The notes under the pieces: generated by a model
Told to the model about the DNA's origin: nothing
What the model saw: only the letters and a program-made list of their open reading frames with translations
Database searches by the model: none
In this document: positions 1 through 9,400 of the stretch, piece by piece
How the letters are laid out: each line of letters opens with the position of its first letter
How positions within the stretch are numbered: the stretch's first letter is position 1
Translations under genes and position numbers: made by a program
Origin: Nitrosospira multiformis ATCC 25196
GTDB taxonomy: Bacteria; Pseudomonadota; Gammaproteobacteria; Burkholderiales; Nitrosomonadaceae
Direction: 5' to 3'
DNA length: 32,000 bases
NCBI RefSeq assembly: GCF_000196355.1
Contig: NC_007614.1
Coordinates: 30,001-62,000, forward strand

Positions 1-338
1 GCTGTCGGGATTGGTGAAAGTCTGGGTCTGATTGGTTTCATACGCCCGCTGGGAAGTCTGAGCCATGCGGCGCTGATCTTCCTGGCCGAGACGTCCTCCG
101 ATTTCCGCACCCAGATAATATCCGCCCACACCGCCAGCCACAGCACCCAATATACGGCCCGCGGTTCCCCCACCCAGGTAGCTGCCAAGATAGCCGCCAC
201 CAATGGAACCGGCAACGCTGCCGATCAAGCCGCCGGCACGCCTCGTTTCGGTGGACTGGCATGCTGACAGGAGCGCAACCAGGGCCAGGAGCAGCAAGCG
301 CTTTGCCCATGCAGCTGAAATCGACGTTTGATTCATGA
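1..338 (-). CDS. Glycine-zipper (2TM) lipoprotein, partial; runs off the window start
   Basis: Manual reverse-strand translation from ATG at 338: MNQTSISAAWAKRLLLLALVALLSACQSTETRRAGGLIGSVAGSIGGGYLGSYLGGGTAGRILGAVAGGVGGYYLGAEIGGRLGQEDQRRMAQTSQRAYETNQTQTFTNPDS... Shows a lipobox (LLSAC) and glycine-zipper repeats. Absent from the ORF track because no stop lies in the window. Confidence 0.85.
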
Positions 339-541
339 CCTTACCTCCAAATTTTGCTTCAGGCTGGATTCGACATTGTACAAGTAACATGGGGCCGCAA
401 TGCAGTTATACTTGCCGGGATCCTTTTGCATCTCATTGTGTTATTAACGAAAAAGAAGACGCGAGGATGGCGCGCCTGTTCTGTTTTCTGTGGGGCGACT
501 TTCTGCGACAATTATTATTTTCCTCTTATTCCCAGACTGCA

Positions 542-721
542 ATGAAATTCAGGAAAATAATAAACCTCGTTACTCTGCTGGCCATTCTTCCCGCACTCTC
601 GGGTTGCTGGTATCTCTTGGCGGGAGGTGCCGGTGCTTACGGCGGCTACAAGATGAAAGAGAAGGGTTATACGCTGCAGAATCCCATCACAAAAGAGAAA
701 AGCAGTCAGACATCGAAATAA
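542..721 (+). CDS. Small glycine-rich lipoprotein, about 59 aa (MKFRKIINLVTLLAILPALSGCWYLLAGGAGAYGGYKMKEKGYTLQNPITKEKSSQTSK)
   Basis: Signal peptide and lipobox (LSGC) begin at the internal Met at 542 of the longer ORF 335..721; upstream residues are not signal-like. Confidence 0.65.
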   Translation: MKFRKIINLVTLLAILPALSGCWYLLAGGAGAYGGYKMKEKGYTLQNPITKEKSSQTSK

Positions 722-846
722 GAGTGTAGAAATATTGCGCCCGTATTGCTTACGCTCGCGCACCTTTGAAGATCTCCATATTCTCCCGTGAGGTCATCTC
801 TCTCACGGGAATGAGCCGGAGGAAGGATGTTTGTAGCGGCTGGAGA

Positions 847-2124
847 TCAAGCGAACAGGTGGGCGATGGTGTAGATCGCCAGGCCTGCCAGTCCGCCTAT
901 CAGCGTGCCATTGATGCGGATGTACTGCAGGTCCTCGCCCACCTGCCGCTCGATGCGGTGCGTCACTGTCTGCGTGTCCCACTCCCGCACGGTGTCGGCA
1001 ATCAGCCTGCCCACATCGCGCTGGTGAGACTGCACCGCTTCCACCAGCACCTCCCGCATCCAGTTATTGAGCCGCTCCCGCAAACCACGGTCCTCAAGTA
1101 CAGTATCGGTGCCCGACTGTATGAGGCCCCGCATCCACCCCCTGATTGCCGAGTCCTCGCTGTCGATGTCCTCGCGCATCCCGTTGCGGAGGTCGCGCCA
1201 GACTCCGTCCGCGTAGTCCCGCAAGGCCGGATGCTCCAGCAGCTTGCGGGTGTGGGCGGCAACCTGCTCGCGATACTCGGGTGAAGTAGCCAGGTCGGAG
1301 GCAAGCTTGCCGATGGCAGCATCCAGTCGCAAGCGCAGGGGGTGGGCAGGGTCGCGCGCGATCTCCGCCACCACCTCGCGCAGGGCTGCCACCACGCTTT
1401 CCCCCACCTTCTCATCCATCGAAAGCCGCTGCCAGAACCAGGCTGTGTTTTCGCGCACCCGCTGACGGATACGGGATTCGTTCGCGGTCACATATTCATC
1501 AGCCTCGCGCAACAGCTTGTCCAGCAGCCGCTGGTGCCGCTTTTCCGCAGTGAGCATCCTCACCGCCTCCCCGAGCAAAGGGCCAAGATCGATGCGCCCC
1601 GCTTTTTCCAGCACCCCGGCCGAAACGAAATGCTGCACATGGCGCTCGTCCACCGAATCCAGCAATTCCGGAATCAGGTGCGTCACATAATCCGCCAGCA
1701 GGTCGGTACGCGCCTCCCCGCACAGCCACGTTGCCAGTTTCCCGGACAAATCCACAGGCGCAAGCTTGGCGGCAACCACTTCGGGAGAAGCAAAGTTGCT
1801 CTCCACGAAGCGTCCCAGCGATTCCCCGATGCGATCCTTGTTACGCGGAATGATTGCAGTGTGGGGAATGGGCAGGCCGAGGGGCTGGCGGAATAACGCC
1901 GTTATGGCAAACCAGTCCGCCAGCGCGCCCACTACCGCAGCTTCGGCAAAAGCGCGAACGTAGCCCATCGCGGGATGAACCGGAAGAAATATGTTGGTCA
2001 GAACGAGAACCGCAAGCATCACCATCAGCAGCGCCGTCGCCAGACGCCCCATCCGGTTATCGGCAAGTGATCGCTTCAGAGAGCTCGTGTGGCGACTCGA
2101 GGCTGACGATTCGATAGGCTGCAT
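847..2124 (-). CDS. DUF445 (YjiN-like) membrane protein
   Basis: 425 aa ORF with N-terminal TM segment, GYVRAFAEAAVVGALADWFAITALFRQPLGLPIPHTAIIPRNKDRIGESLGRFVESNF signature and a C-terminal TM helix (INGTLIGGLAGLAIYTIAHLF). The true start may be an internal Met. Confidence 0.88.
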   Translation of the reverse strand: MQPIESSASSRHTSSLKRSLADNRMGRLATALLMVMLAVLVLTNIFLPVHPAMGYVRAFAEAAVVGALADWFAITALFRQPLGLPIPHTAIIPRNKDRIGESLGRFVESNFASPEVVAAKLAPVDLSGKLATWLCGEARTDLLADYVTHLIPELLDSVDERHVQHFVSAGVLEKAGRIDLGPLLGEAVRMLTAEKRHQRLLDKLLREADEYVTANESRIRQRVRENTAWFWQRLSMDEKVGESVVAALREVVAEIARDPAHPLRLRLDAAIGKLASDLATSPEYREQVAAHTRKLLEHPALRDYADGVWRDLRNGMREDIDSEDSAIRGWMRGLIQSGTDTVLEDRGLRERLNNWMREVLVEAVQSHQRDVGRLIADTVREWDTQTVTHRIERQVGEDLQYIRINGTLIGGLAGLAIYTIAHLFA

Positions 2125-2527
2125 TCGTTGAAACTGAATGTTCAGGAATAAAAGCTACTCATTTCTCAAGGCTTTTTTGAGCGAGGTGAATTGAAAGTAC
2201 ATGCTGCAAAACCGTGTAGTCAAGATATTTTTTCGTTTTCCGGATTTCCTGATCGACGTGCCTACCCGAAAGCCATACCCGGAAATGCCGCTTGAAGAAA
2301 GAAAAGGAAGGGCAGCCGTACGAAATTTCCCCCGATTGGAGGATTGTGCCCCGTTTGTATCCCCGTAAGTCCCATGCTATTTCAGCGCTGGAATGCACGC
2401 TTCTCTAATAGTTCTCATCCGGGAATGGAATGGCTTCAAGAATATTAAATTTTTGTGGCAGCGCTTGAAAAAAAACAAAAATTATCTATAAATTTATTTT
2501 GGCCTCCCGGAAGCAAGGTGAAAAATC

Positions 2528-3013
2528 ATGGCATCCGAAAACTTCAAGAGCAACCTGATCACGGGCTTGGCGGCAGGCGTAGGGGCGACACTGCTCGCGC
2601 CAGTGCTGCTTCCATTTCTTGCCCGCCTCGTCAGGCCCGCTACCAAGGCTGCTATCAAGGGTAGCGTCCTTCTGTATGAGAAAGGACGTGAATCATTTGC
2701 CGAATTGAGCGAAACGGTGGATGACCTCATGGCAGAGGTCAAGTCGGAGATGGAAGCGGGTGCGGTGGAAGATGTGGCGGCGGGTGCCTCGGCAGTTCAG
2801 GCCGGTAGTGCGCAAGGGAGGACTGCCTCACCACCCCCCCAGCCCAGACCGGACTCTGTCGCCGGCCAAAGTTCGGCCACCCCGGCCGCAAGTCCGCCAG
2901 GCGAAGCCGATAAGGCACCGGAAAGTCTCCTCACGCAACCCGCTATGCAGGCGAATCGGGGTAGTCAGCGCCATGAAGAAGCGCAGGATCGACCGCCAAC
3001 CAAGGGGGAATGA
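2528..3013 (+). CDS. DUF5132-like small membrane protein with Pro/Ala/Gln-rich C-terminal tail
   Basis: ORF 161 aa: LITGLAAGVGATLLAPVLLPFLARLVRPATKAAIKGSVLLYEKGRESFAELSETVDDLMAEVKSEME, then a low-complexity tail. The stop overlaps the next start. Confidence 0.7.
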   Translation: MASENFKSNLITGLAAGVGATLLAPVLLPFLARLVRPATKAAIKGSVLLYEKGRESFAELSETVDDLMAEVKSEMEAGAVEDVAAGASAVQAGSAQGRTASPPPQPRPDSVAGQSSATPAASPPGEADKAPESLLTQPAMQANRGSQRHEEAQDRPPTKGE

Positions 3014-3522
3014 TGGCGCCACTTGCGCGGGTGGTCCACTCTCTGCCGGGCAGGAAGCGGATAAAGATCGACGAAAGGCGCGGCGATACTGCGTACTTTG
3101 AGACGCTGCAAAAAGAACTGGCGGAGTGCCCAGGGGTTGGAGCGGTAGTGACGAATTCGCGGACGGGCACAGCGCTCGTCATCCATAAGGTGGAGGATCC
3201 GGTTCTGTGGCGCTATATCGCGGAACATGGGTTACTTCAGCTCGGAAAGAATGAAACCTCAGCCCCTGCAGTTGGTCCTTCAATCGTCGATGACATCAGG
3301 AACGTCGAACGTAAACCATATCCAAAATCTGGAAAGAAACCAGATATCCGGCGATTGATATTCCTGGGAATGATGGGTATGGGCATCGTGCAGGTAATCA
3401 GGGGCAATATAGCGATCCCGGCGATAGCGGCATTCTGGTACGCGTACTTCATTCTTCCTGCGACGAACGACGATAACCAAGAACATTCCTTCCTTGAAAC
3501 CAAGTTGTCCGAAGAATCCTAG
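3010..3522 (+). CDS. HMA-like (HMA_2-type, no CxxC) domain protein with C-terminal hydrophobic segment
   Basis: 170 aa; N-terminal LARVVHSLPGRKRIKI...ELAECPGVGAVVTNSRTGTALVIHK resembles the other HMA-like domains in this locus; TM-like stretch LIFLGMMGMGIVQVIRGNIAIPAIAAFWYAYFI. Confidence 0.6.
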   Translation: MMAPLARVVHSLPGRKRIKIDERRGDTAYFETLQKELAECPGVGAVVTNSRTGTALVIHKVEDPVLWRYIAEHGLLQLGKNETSAPAVGPSIVDDIRNVERKPYPKSGKKPDIRRLIFLGMMGMGIVQVIRGNIAIPAIAAFWYAYFILPATNDDNQEHSFLETKLSEES

Positions 3523-3714
3523 ATTTTGGAAATGATTGAATGATGATTTCCGAAAATCTCGCAAGACTAAAAATCTGTTGCAAAAATTCTGAGCGAGCCA
3601 AGGGGTTGCAAGAGTCCACCACGGGATTCTGTGTCGAAGCGGTAATAAACGGCAGAAGTGAAAGCATTTATATCGCATGGCAAGGAAATCGTAACTATAC
3701 GAGGAGGAATCGAA

Positions 3715-4551
3715 ATGAAGACCCCTAGATCAGGCAGGCACGGAGGGGGAAAGCCGCACCCCGAGGAAAAAAAGTGGACCGATAATAATATAGAGACTCC
3801 CGAGGAAGCAAGGTATGCCCGTGGTGAAACACCCCCGGGAGATGAGGGATATGTGGGAACGACACATCCCTATCGCTCGGATGCTGAGCGCGCGATGGGA
3901 GAGGCTGGCCGCACCGTAAAAACAGGCATTGCCAGCAGCTTGAGAGGCATCGATGAAATTGAATCTGATATCGTAAGCCTGGTGCGCAATACCGTATCCA
4001 ATACGTTGAGAGCAACAGGGGCAGTCGGTGCGGAAGCAGTCGATATAACAAGGGATGTCGTCAAGGGTGCTCTTGCCGCCACCGAAGACGTAGGGACCGG
4101 CCTGGCGCTTTCCACAAAAAGCGTTGCCAAGGGGGTGGTAATGGGCGTGTCCGATGTGGGGGGCGACGTTATCACGGCCGCAACAGAAACCGTAAAGGCC
4201 GCAGTCCGCGGTGCTGCTGACGCGGGGGGTGACACGTTGCTGGTTGCCAAGCGAACGGTGGACGGCGTGGCAGAGGGAACGAGGGAGACGGGAGGCAATG
4301 TCGTAGAGATGGTCAGGGCGACCGTAAACGCGGCAGCTGGAGGGATAGGCGATATTGGCACCACCGCTGTCGCGAGCGTGCGCGACATTCTCATGAGTGT
4401 TGTGGAGGGTGTAAAGGACGTGGCAGGCGCCGCAATGCTAAAGTCATATCACCCGGAGGACCGCGTTTCTCCTGGAGAATATACTGCTCCCACGGAGCGT
4501 ACCAATCCGCCAGAATATGTCTCTCCTCCGGAGAGCAAAAAGCCCACGTAA
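3715..4551 (+). CDS. Repeat protein with seven tandem 22-residue units, function unknown
   Basis: SD-like GAGGAGGAA precedes ATG at 3715. The protein contains contiguous units such as VSDVGGDVITAATETVKAAVRG / AADAGGDTLLVAKRTVDGVAEG / TRETGGNVVEMVRATVNAAAGG. Confidence 0.8.
   Translation: MKTPRSGRHGGGKPHPEEKKWTDNNIETPEEARYARGETPPGDEGYVGTTHPYRSDAERAMGEAGRTVKTGIASSLRGIDEIESDIVSLVRNTVSNTLRATGAVGAEAVDITRDVVKGALAATEDVGTGLALSTKSVAKGVVMGVSDVGGDVITAATETVKAAVRGAADAGGDTLLVAKRTVDGVAEGTRETGGNVVEMVRATVNAAAGGIGDIGTTAVASVRDILMSVVEGVKDVAGAAMLKSYHPEDRVSPGEYTAPTERTNPPEYVSPPESKKPT
3949..4410 (+). repeat. Seven degenerate tandem 66-bp units encoding 22-aa repeats, plus a partial eighth (VKDVAGAA)
   Basis: Manual alignment of the translation at strict 22-residue spacing; nt boundaries computed from residue positions. 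Confidence 0.85.
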
Positions 4552-4787
4552 TCGTTATCAGGGCAATACCACTCGGGCGCCTCAGCCCTGTTCTATTCCA
4601 TCATCCTGCAGGCTCAACTCTTGCACAATCCTTCCGCTACATCCGACACCTCGACACCGCAACATTCCGTGTAAACAAGTGCACCGTGGCTTCGGCAACC
4701 AGTTCATTCAATCGGTGGTCGTGAATTTCCATTTCATGACTCAGTACTCGCTCCGTTTCATCACCTTGTAACAAAGTCCCGCTTAAA

Positions 4788-4820
4788 TACCTCCATGAGA
4801 AAGATACCTTAATGGAGGTA
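4788..4820 (+). promoter_or_regulatory. Perfect 9-bp hairpin that includes the Shine-Dalgarno of the downstream HMA-like gene
   Basis: TACCTCCAT (4788-4796), 15-nt loop, ATGGAGGTA (4812-4820); GGAGG lies upstream of ATG 4825. Confidence 0.5.
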
Positions 4821-4824
4821 AATC

Positions 4825-5184
4825 ATGGCTCACTATATCCACCATGTCCCGGGCAGATTGCGTGTCAATACGCCGCTCCTCAAAAAAAACGAGCCCGGTG
4901 CCCGGCAGTTGAAATCGTACTTGGAAGGGGTAAATGGTATTCTTCAGATTGAAGCCAGCATTGTCACAGGCAGTGTCGTGATCAGGTATGACAAATGTCT
5001 CGTAAGCTCCACGTCGATTTTAAATTCCCTGCAGGACCTCGGATATATCCAGCATATCGGCACTCTATCCGAATCCGCGAACGGAACTCGGGGAACGCCG
5101 AAGGTCGTGGATATTTTCGTGCAGAAACTCGTGGAAACTGCATTGGAACGGTCGGCTGTGGCTCTGGTCGCAGCACTGATCTGA
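4825..5184 (+). CDS. Small HMA-like (HMA_2-type, no CxxC) protein
   Basis: 119 aa: MAHYIHHVPGRLRVNTPLLKKNEPGARQLKSYLEGVNGILQIEASIVTGSVVIRYD...; good SD. Confidence 0.7.
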   Translation: MAHYIHHVPGRLRVNTPLLKKNEPGARQLKSYLEGVNGILQIEASIVTGSVVIRYDKCLVSSTSILNSLQDLGYIQHIGTLSESANGTRGTPKVVDIFVQKLVETALERSAVALVAALI

Positions 5185-5229
5185 GCTGGGCATATCGCTC
5201 GAGATGCGTTGACCCACCCAATATCCAGC

Positions 5230-6420
5230 CTAGCGCAGCAATGCAGCCTTGTCCGTGTTCTCCCACGGCAATCCGATATCCATCCGTCCCACCTGCCCGT
5301 AAACCGCAAGCTTGCGGTAAAACAAACCGCGAAATAGTTGAGGCTGATAGCGCAAATTAAAGGCGCGGATGATCCCGGCAGGGCGGAAATCAAACTGGTC
5401 GAGAATACGCGCCGTTATTTCGGTATCAGGAACGCTCCCTGTACCAAAAGTATCCGCCTGCACGCTTACCGGCCTCGATATTCCTATCGAATACGCCAGA
5501 TGTACCTCGCATGCCTGGGCGAGGCCGGCGGCGACTACATTCTTGGCCGCGTAGCGCGCTGCATACGCTCCCACGCGATCGATACGAGAAGGGTCCTTGC
5601 CGGAAAGCGCGGATTCCGAATGCCGGGAATATTCACCGTATGTATCCACTGCGTTCTTGCGGCCAGTCAAGCCGGAATGTAGCGACGGTCCTCCGTCGGC
5701 GACCAGCCCTTCCGGATTGATGAAAATATGGGTGCGGGAGTCGGGCCGCAGCGTCTCCGTTGCGAAAACCGGCTCAATCACATGCGCGTTGAGATCATCG
5801 CGCAGCGGTGCGAGGCCGCGCATGGCGGTCTTCTGCTGAGCGGCAATGATGGTGATGGAATGAATGCGATACGGTCTGCCTTCGCGATATTCCACCCCTA
5901 CCTGCGTTTTTCCATCGGGCGCAAGATAGGGGATCTGCTTCTGAAAACGTGCGGCCGTAAGCCGACGCGCCAGTTTATGCGAAAGCGAGATGGGCAGCGG
6001 CATAAAGGCCGAGCTCTGATTACAGGCAAAGCCGAATACATTGGCCTGGTTCTTGGCAGTAACGGATTCCAGCTCTTCCTCATTCATTTCCCTCTCATCT
6101 ATGAACGGATAAGACGGTGCCGGCAGTTCGCTCAGGCTCGTCATGATCGTGCAATCTCTTGCATTGAAATCCGCTTGCTCGTAGCCAAGCTGGTGTATAA
6201 CCCGGCGCGCAACCTCGGGGATGTCGACAGAAGCCGACGAAGCGAAGCGGGCTGCGATAAAAAGTATTCCCGTGGATACTGCGCACTCCGCTATCACCTT
6301 CGAAAAGGGGTCTTGCTGCAGAAAGCGGTCGACCAACGCATCGCTCACTTGATCGCAAAGCTTATCCGGATGCCCTTCGGTTACAGATTCGGAGGTGAAC
6401 ATGAAATTCTGTTTCATCAT
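5230..6420 (-). CDS. Divergent methionine adenosyltransferase (MetK) homologue, possibly neofunctionalised
   Basis: 396 aa: FTSESVTEGHPDKLCDQVSDALVDRF, LAPDGKTQV, FINPEGLVADGGPSLHSGLTGRKNAVDTYG, ALSGKDPSRIDRVGAYAARYAAKN, LPWENTDKAALLR; many canonical MetK motifs altered. Confidence 0.9.
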   Translation of the reverse strand: MMKQNFMFTSESVTEGHPDKLCDQVSDALVDRFLQQDPFSKVIAECAVSTGILFIAARFASSASVDIPEVARRVIHQLGYEQADFNARDCTIMTSLSELPAPSYPFIDEREMNEEELESVTAKNQANVFGFACNQSSAFMPLPISLSHKLARRLTAARFQKQIPYLAPDGKTQVGVEYREGRPYRIHSITIIAAQQKTAMRGLAPLRDDLNAHVIEPVFATETLRPDSRTHIFINPEGLVADGGPSLHSGLTGRKNAVDTYGEYSRHSESALSGKDPSRIDRVGAYAARYAAKNVVAAGLAQACEVHLAYSIGISRPVSVQADTFGTGSVPDTEITARILDQFDFRPAGIIRAFNLRYQPQLFRGLFYRKLAVYGQVGRMDIGLPWENTDKAALLR

Positions 6421-9400
6421 CCATACTCCTGCGGCGCTGGTGGTAGAGATAGCGGCTCTTTACGTCGCTTGCCTTTGAAGGCAGTCTCTTTGGTTGCTTC
6501 ATTCAGGAAAAAAGGCAGTACAGAACCTGCGCCTATCGCCGCCACATCGAGTGGGCCTATCGGGGTATTACCCAGCAGACTGCGGACGCCTGGCACCAGC
6601 ACCGTAGCCCATTGGAGCAAGGCCGTTCCACCGATCGCCAGATCGAGATAGCGATTGGAGCGGAGCGTCTCGTGGCTGAATATGCCGATATGATCCGAAC
6701 GGCAACTATATGCGTGAAGCAACTGCCCCATCGTCAGGGTCATGAAGGCAATCGTGCTGGCCTTCTGCCCTCCGCCATAACGTGTCATGGCATAGCCATA
6801 ACCGCCCATTGACCCCGCAGCCATTGCCAGCGACTCCAGCCCGTAGCGCTTGAAGTCGGCGGGACCTACAATGGGTTCCGCCGGGTCTCGCGGGGGCTGC
6901 CGCAGCACATCCGGCTCGGGCGGCTCCACAGCAAGCGCCAGCCCGGGGAAGACATCGGTTACCAGGTTGATCCACAGCAAGTGACTGGTGGTGAGCGGAG
7001 TACCCAGTCCTGTCCCTATAGAGCCGAGCATCAGCATGATCTCGGACAGATTGGTGGCGGTAAGGAAATGAATCGATTTGCGAATATTATTGTAAATCGT
7101 CCTGCCTTCCGAGACGGCCACAATCATGGTGCTGAGATTATCGTCTTCCAGTATAACGTCGGCCACGCTGCGCGCCACCTCCGTGCCGGTGCCGCCCATG
7201 GCGACGCCAATGTCCGCGGCCTTGAGGGCGGGCCCGTCATTGATGCCGTCGCCCGTCATCGCGGCGATTTTGCCCCCGCGCTGCAGTGCCTGCACGATTT
7301 GCAGCTTGTTGGCCGGGCTGACGCGGGAGAAGATATTGACCTTTTGGGCAAGCCCAGCCAGGACCTCTGCATCAAGTTGATCAAGCCGGGTGGAATCGAG
7401 AATGTCGAGTTCGCTGCCGCCGGATAACCCAAGTTCCTTCCCTATCGCATATGCAGTGCCGCTCTGATCACCGGTTATCATCACCGTGTCTATCCCGGCC
7501 TGATGAAACAAGGCGATGAGTTCCTTCATCCCCTGCCGCAGGGGATCTGCCATTCCCGTCATTCCCAGCCAGATGAGTTCATCCGCTGAAGATTGATCGG
7601 CTTGTCTCGGTTCGACGTAGGCAAATCCCAGCACACGCAGCGCTTCTGCCGCCATGCGGTCATTTTCCATGAGTATGACCGTTCGCTCCGCCTGCGTGAG
7701 GGGTAAACGCGCGCCGTCCTTCAACCACCACCGACACATTTCCAGCACCTCGACCGGATTACCCTTGACAGCCACGAGCTTTCCCTCCCCTTGCGCGCTA
7801 TGGGTCGTGCTCATGTAGTTCCGGGTTTCGGTACGGTATTCGACTTGCTCTCTGGGATAGCGCCGACGAAGCGCCTCAACTGAAACGCCTGCCGCCAGCG
7901 CAAGGTGCATCAATGCGCTTTCTGTTGGGGATCCCTTGAGCAGATAGTTGCCTTTCTCCCCGTTCAGTTCCACTTCGTTGCAAAGAACAGCCACATGGAG
8001 GAGCCGCAACAATTCATCGCTCTGATAGGGATTGATTCTTATACCCGCATCGTAAAACACATCACTATCCACTGTAATGCGGCGTCCTCCGCTGTACAGG
8101 GCCAGGACAGACATACGGTTGAGAGTGAGCGTTCCGGTTTTGTCCAGGCAGATTACCTGTACTGCGCCCAAGGTTTCCACTGCATCGAGGCGTCGCACCA
8201 GCACCTTGTGACGGTTCATTGTCCGGATACCCAAGGCGAGAGTGGTCGTTGCCACGGTGGGCAGGCCTTCCGGGACAGCGGCCACGGCAAGGGAAATGGA
8301 GGTTTTCAACATTTGCAGCCAAGCGTGACCACGGACCAGCCCGATCAGAAACATGGCTCCGCAAATGCCCAGGGACAGCAACACCATCTGATTCCCCAGG
8401 ATCGCAAGCTGGCGCTGCATAGGTGTTTCCGGAGGGCGCGTTTCACCTACAAGCGATTGAATCATGCCGATCTCGGTATACCGGCCGGTCGAAACCACTA
8501 CTGAGAGGCCGCTGCCCCCCGTTACCACCGTACCCATGTATACCATGTTAAGCCGGTCTGCGAGAGAGACCTCCGGCTTGTCCAACGGGCTCACTCTCTT
8601 CGCCACCGGAAGGCTTTCTCCGGTAAGCATGGATTCATCCATCATCAGATTGCGCGACTCGAGCACCCTGCCATCAGCAGCTACCCGAGCCCCGGGTGTC
8701 AGCACCAGGATGTCGCCCGGCACCAGGGACTTGGCCGGCACCTCCAGAAGCCGTGCATCGCGGATGACCATTGCGTTCTGCTCGGCCACATGTCCGAGCG
8801 CATTAATCGTTCGCTCCGATTGAGACTCGGCAACATAGCCCGTACCCGCGTTGATCAAAACGACTCCGAGGATCACGGCCGCATCGAGCAGTCCTCCAGT
8901 GGCTGCGGAAAGGACAGCGGATACACCGAGTAAAGCCACAGGCAGGCTTTTAAACTGCCCCAGAAAAATGCTCAGCCCGGAACGGGGCGGCGTCTCCGGT
9001 AGGCTATTGACCCCGAAATAGCCAAGCTTCCGCTCCACGGAAGCTTGGCTAAGACCGAATTCCATGGAAGTTTCAAGCGCAGCCACCACGGTATCGCCAG
9101 GCAAGGCATGCCAATTTTTACGATCCTGTAGAAGAACTGAATCGGGATCAGAAGAAATGACGGGAGAAGCAGGACGTCCGGAGGCACGCAAAAAACGGCC
9201 ATCGTCTACCGGGTTCCCGGGAATGATTTCATGCCCGGCCTCCAACAGCAGTTGCTCCAACCAGGTCTTGATTTCTTCAAGGTCGCGTGCCGGATCAAAA
9301 ACGATCAATACCCGGCCCGTGAGAATGTTCGCGGAAGCATGTCTGATCGCATCATGCCTCGGCAGGGCAGACTCGAGCTTACGCCTGACGGACTCCGATC

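Noticed and set aside
38-310. ORF 90 aa on minus strand
   Set aside because: Wrong frame of the real edge gene; the neighbouring frame reads as a clean lipoprotein with glycine zippers from ATG 338.
766-1896. Several 73-184 aa ORFs opposite the DUF445 gene
   Set aside because: Antisense shadows in GC-rich coding DNA; His/Pro/Arg-rich, no family features.
2159-2398. 79 aa minus-strand ORF in the 2.1-2.5 kb gap
   Set aside because: Possible decayed fragment, but no recognised family and no clear SD; insufficient support.
3870-4394. 174 aa minus-strand ORF opposite the 22-mer repeat protein
   Set aside because: Its apparent repetitiveness is the mirror image of the sense repeats; the sense gene has SD and coherent periodicity.
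5728-6651. 307 aa plus-strand ORF opposite the MetK-like gene
   Set aside because: Antisense shadow crossing the MetK/ATPase junction; no protein-like motifs.
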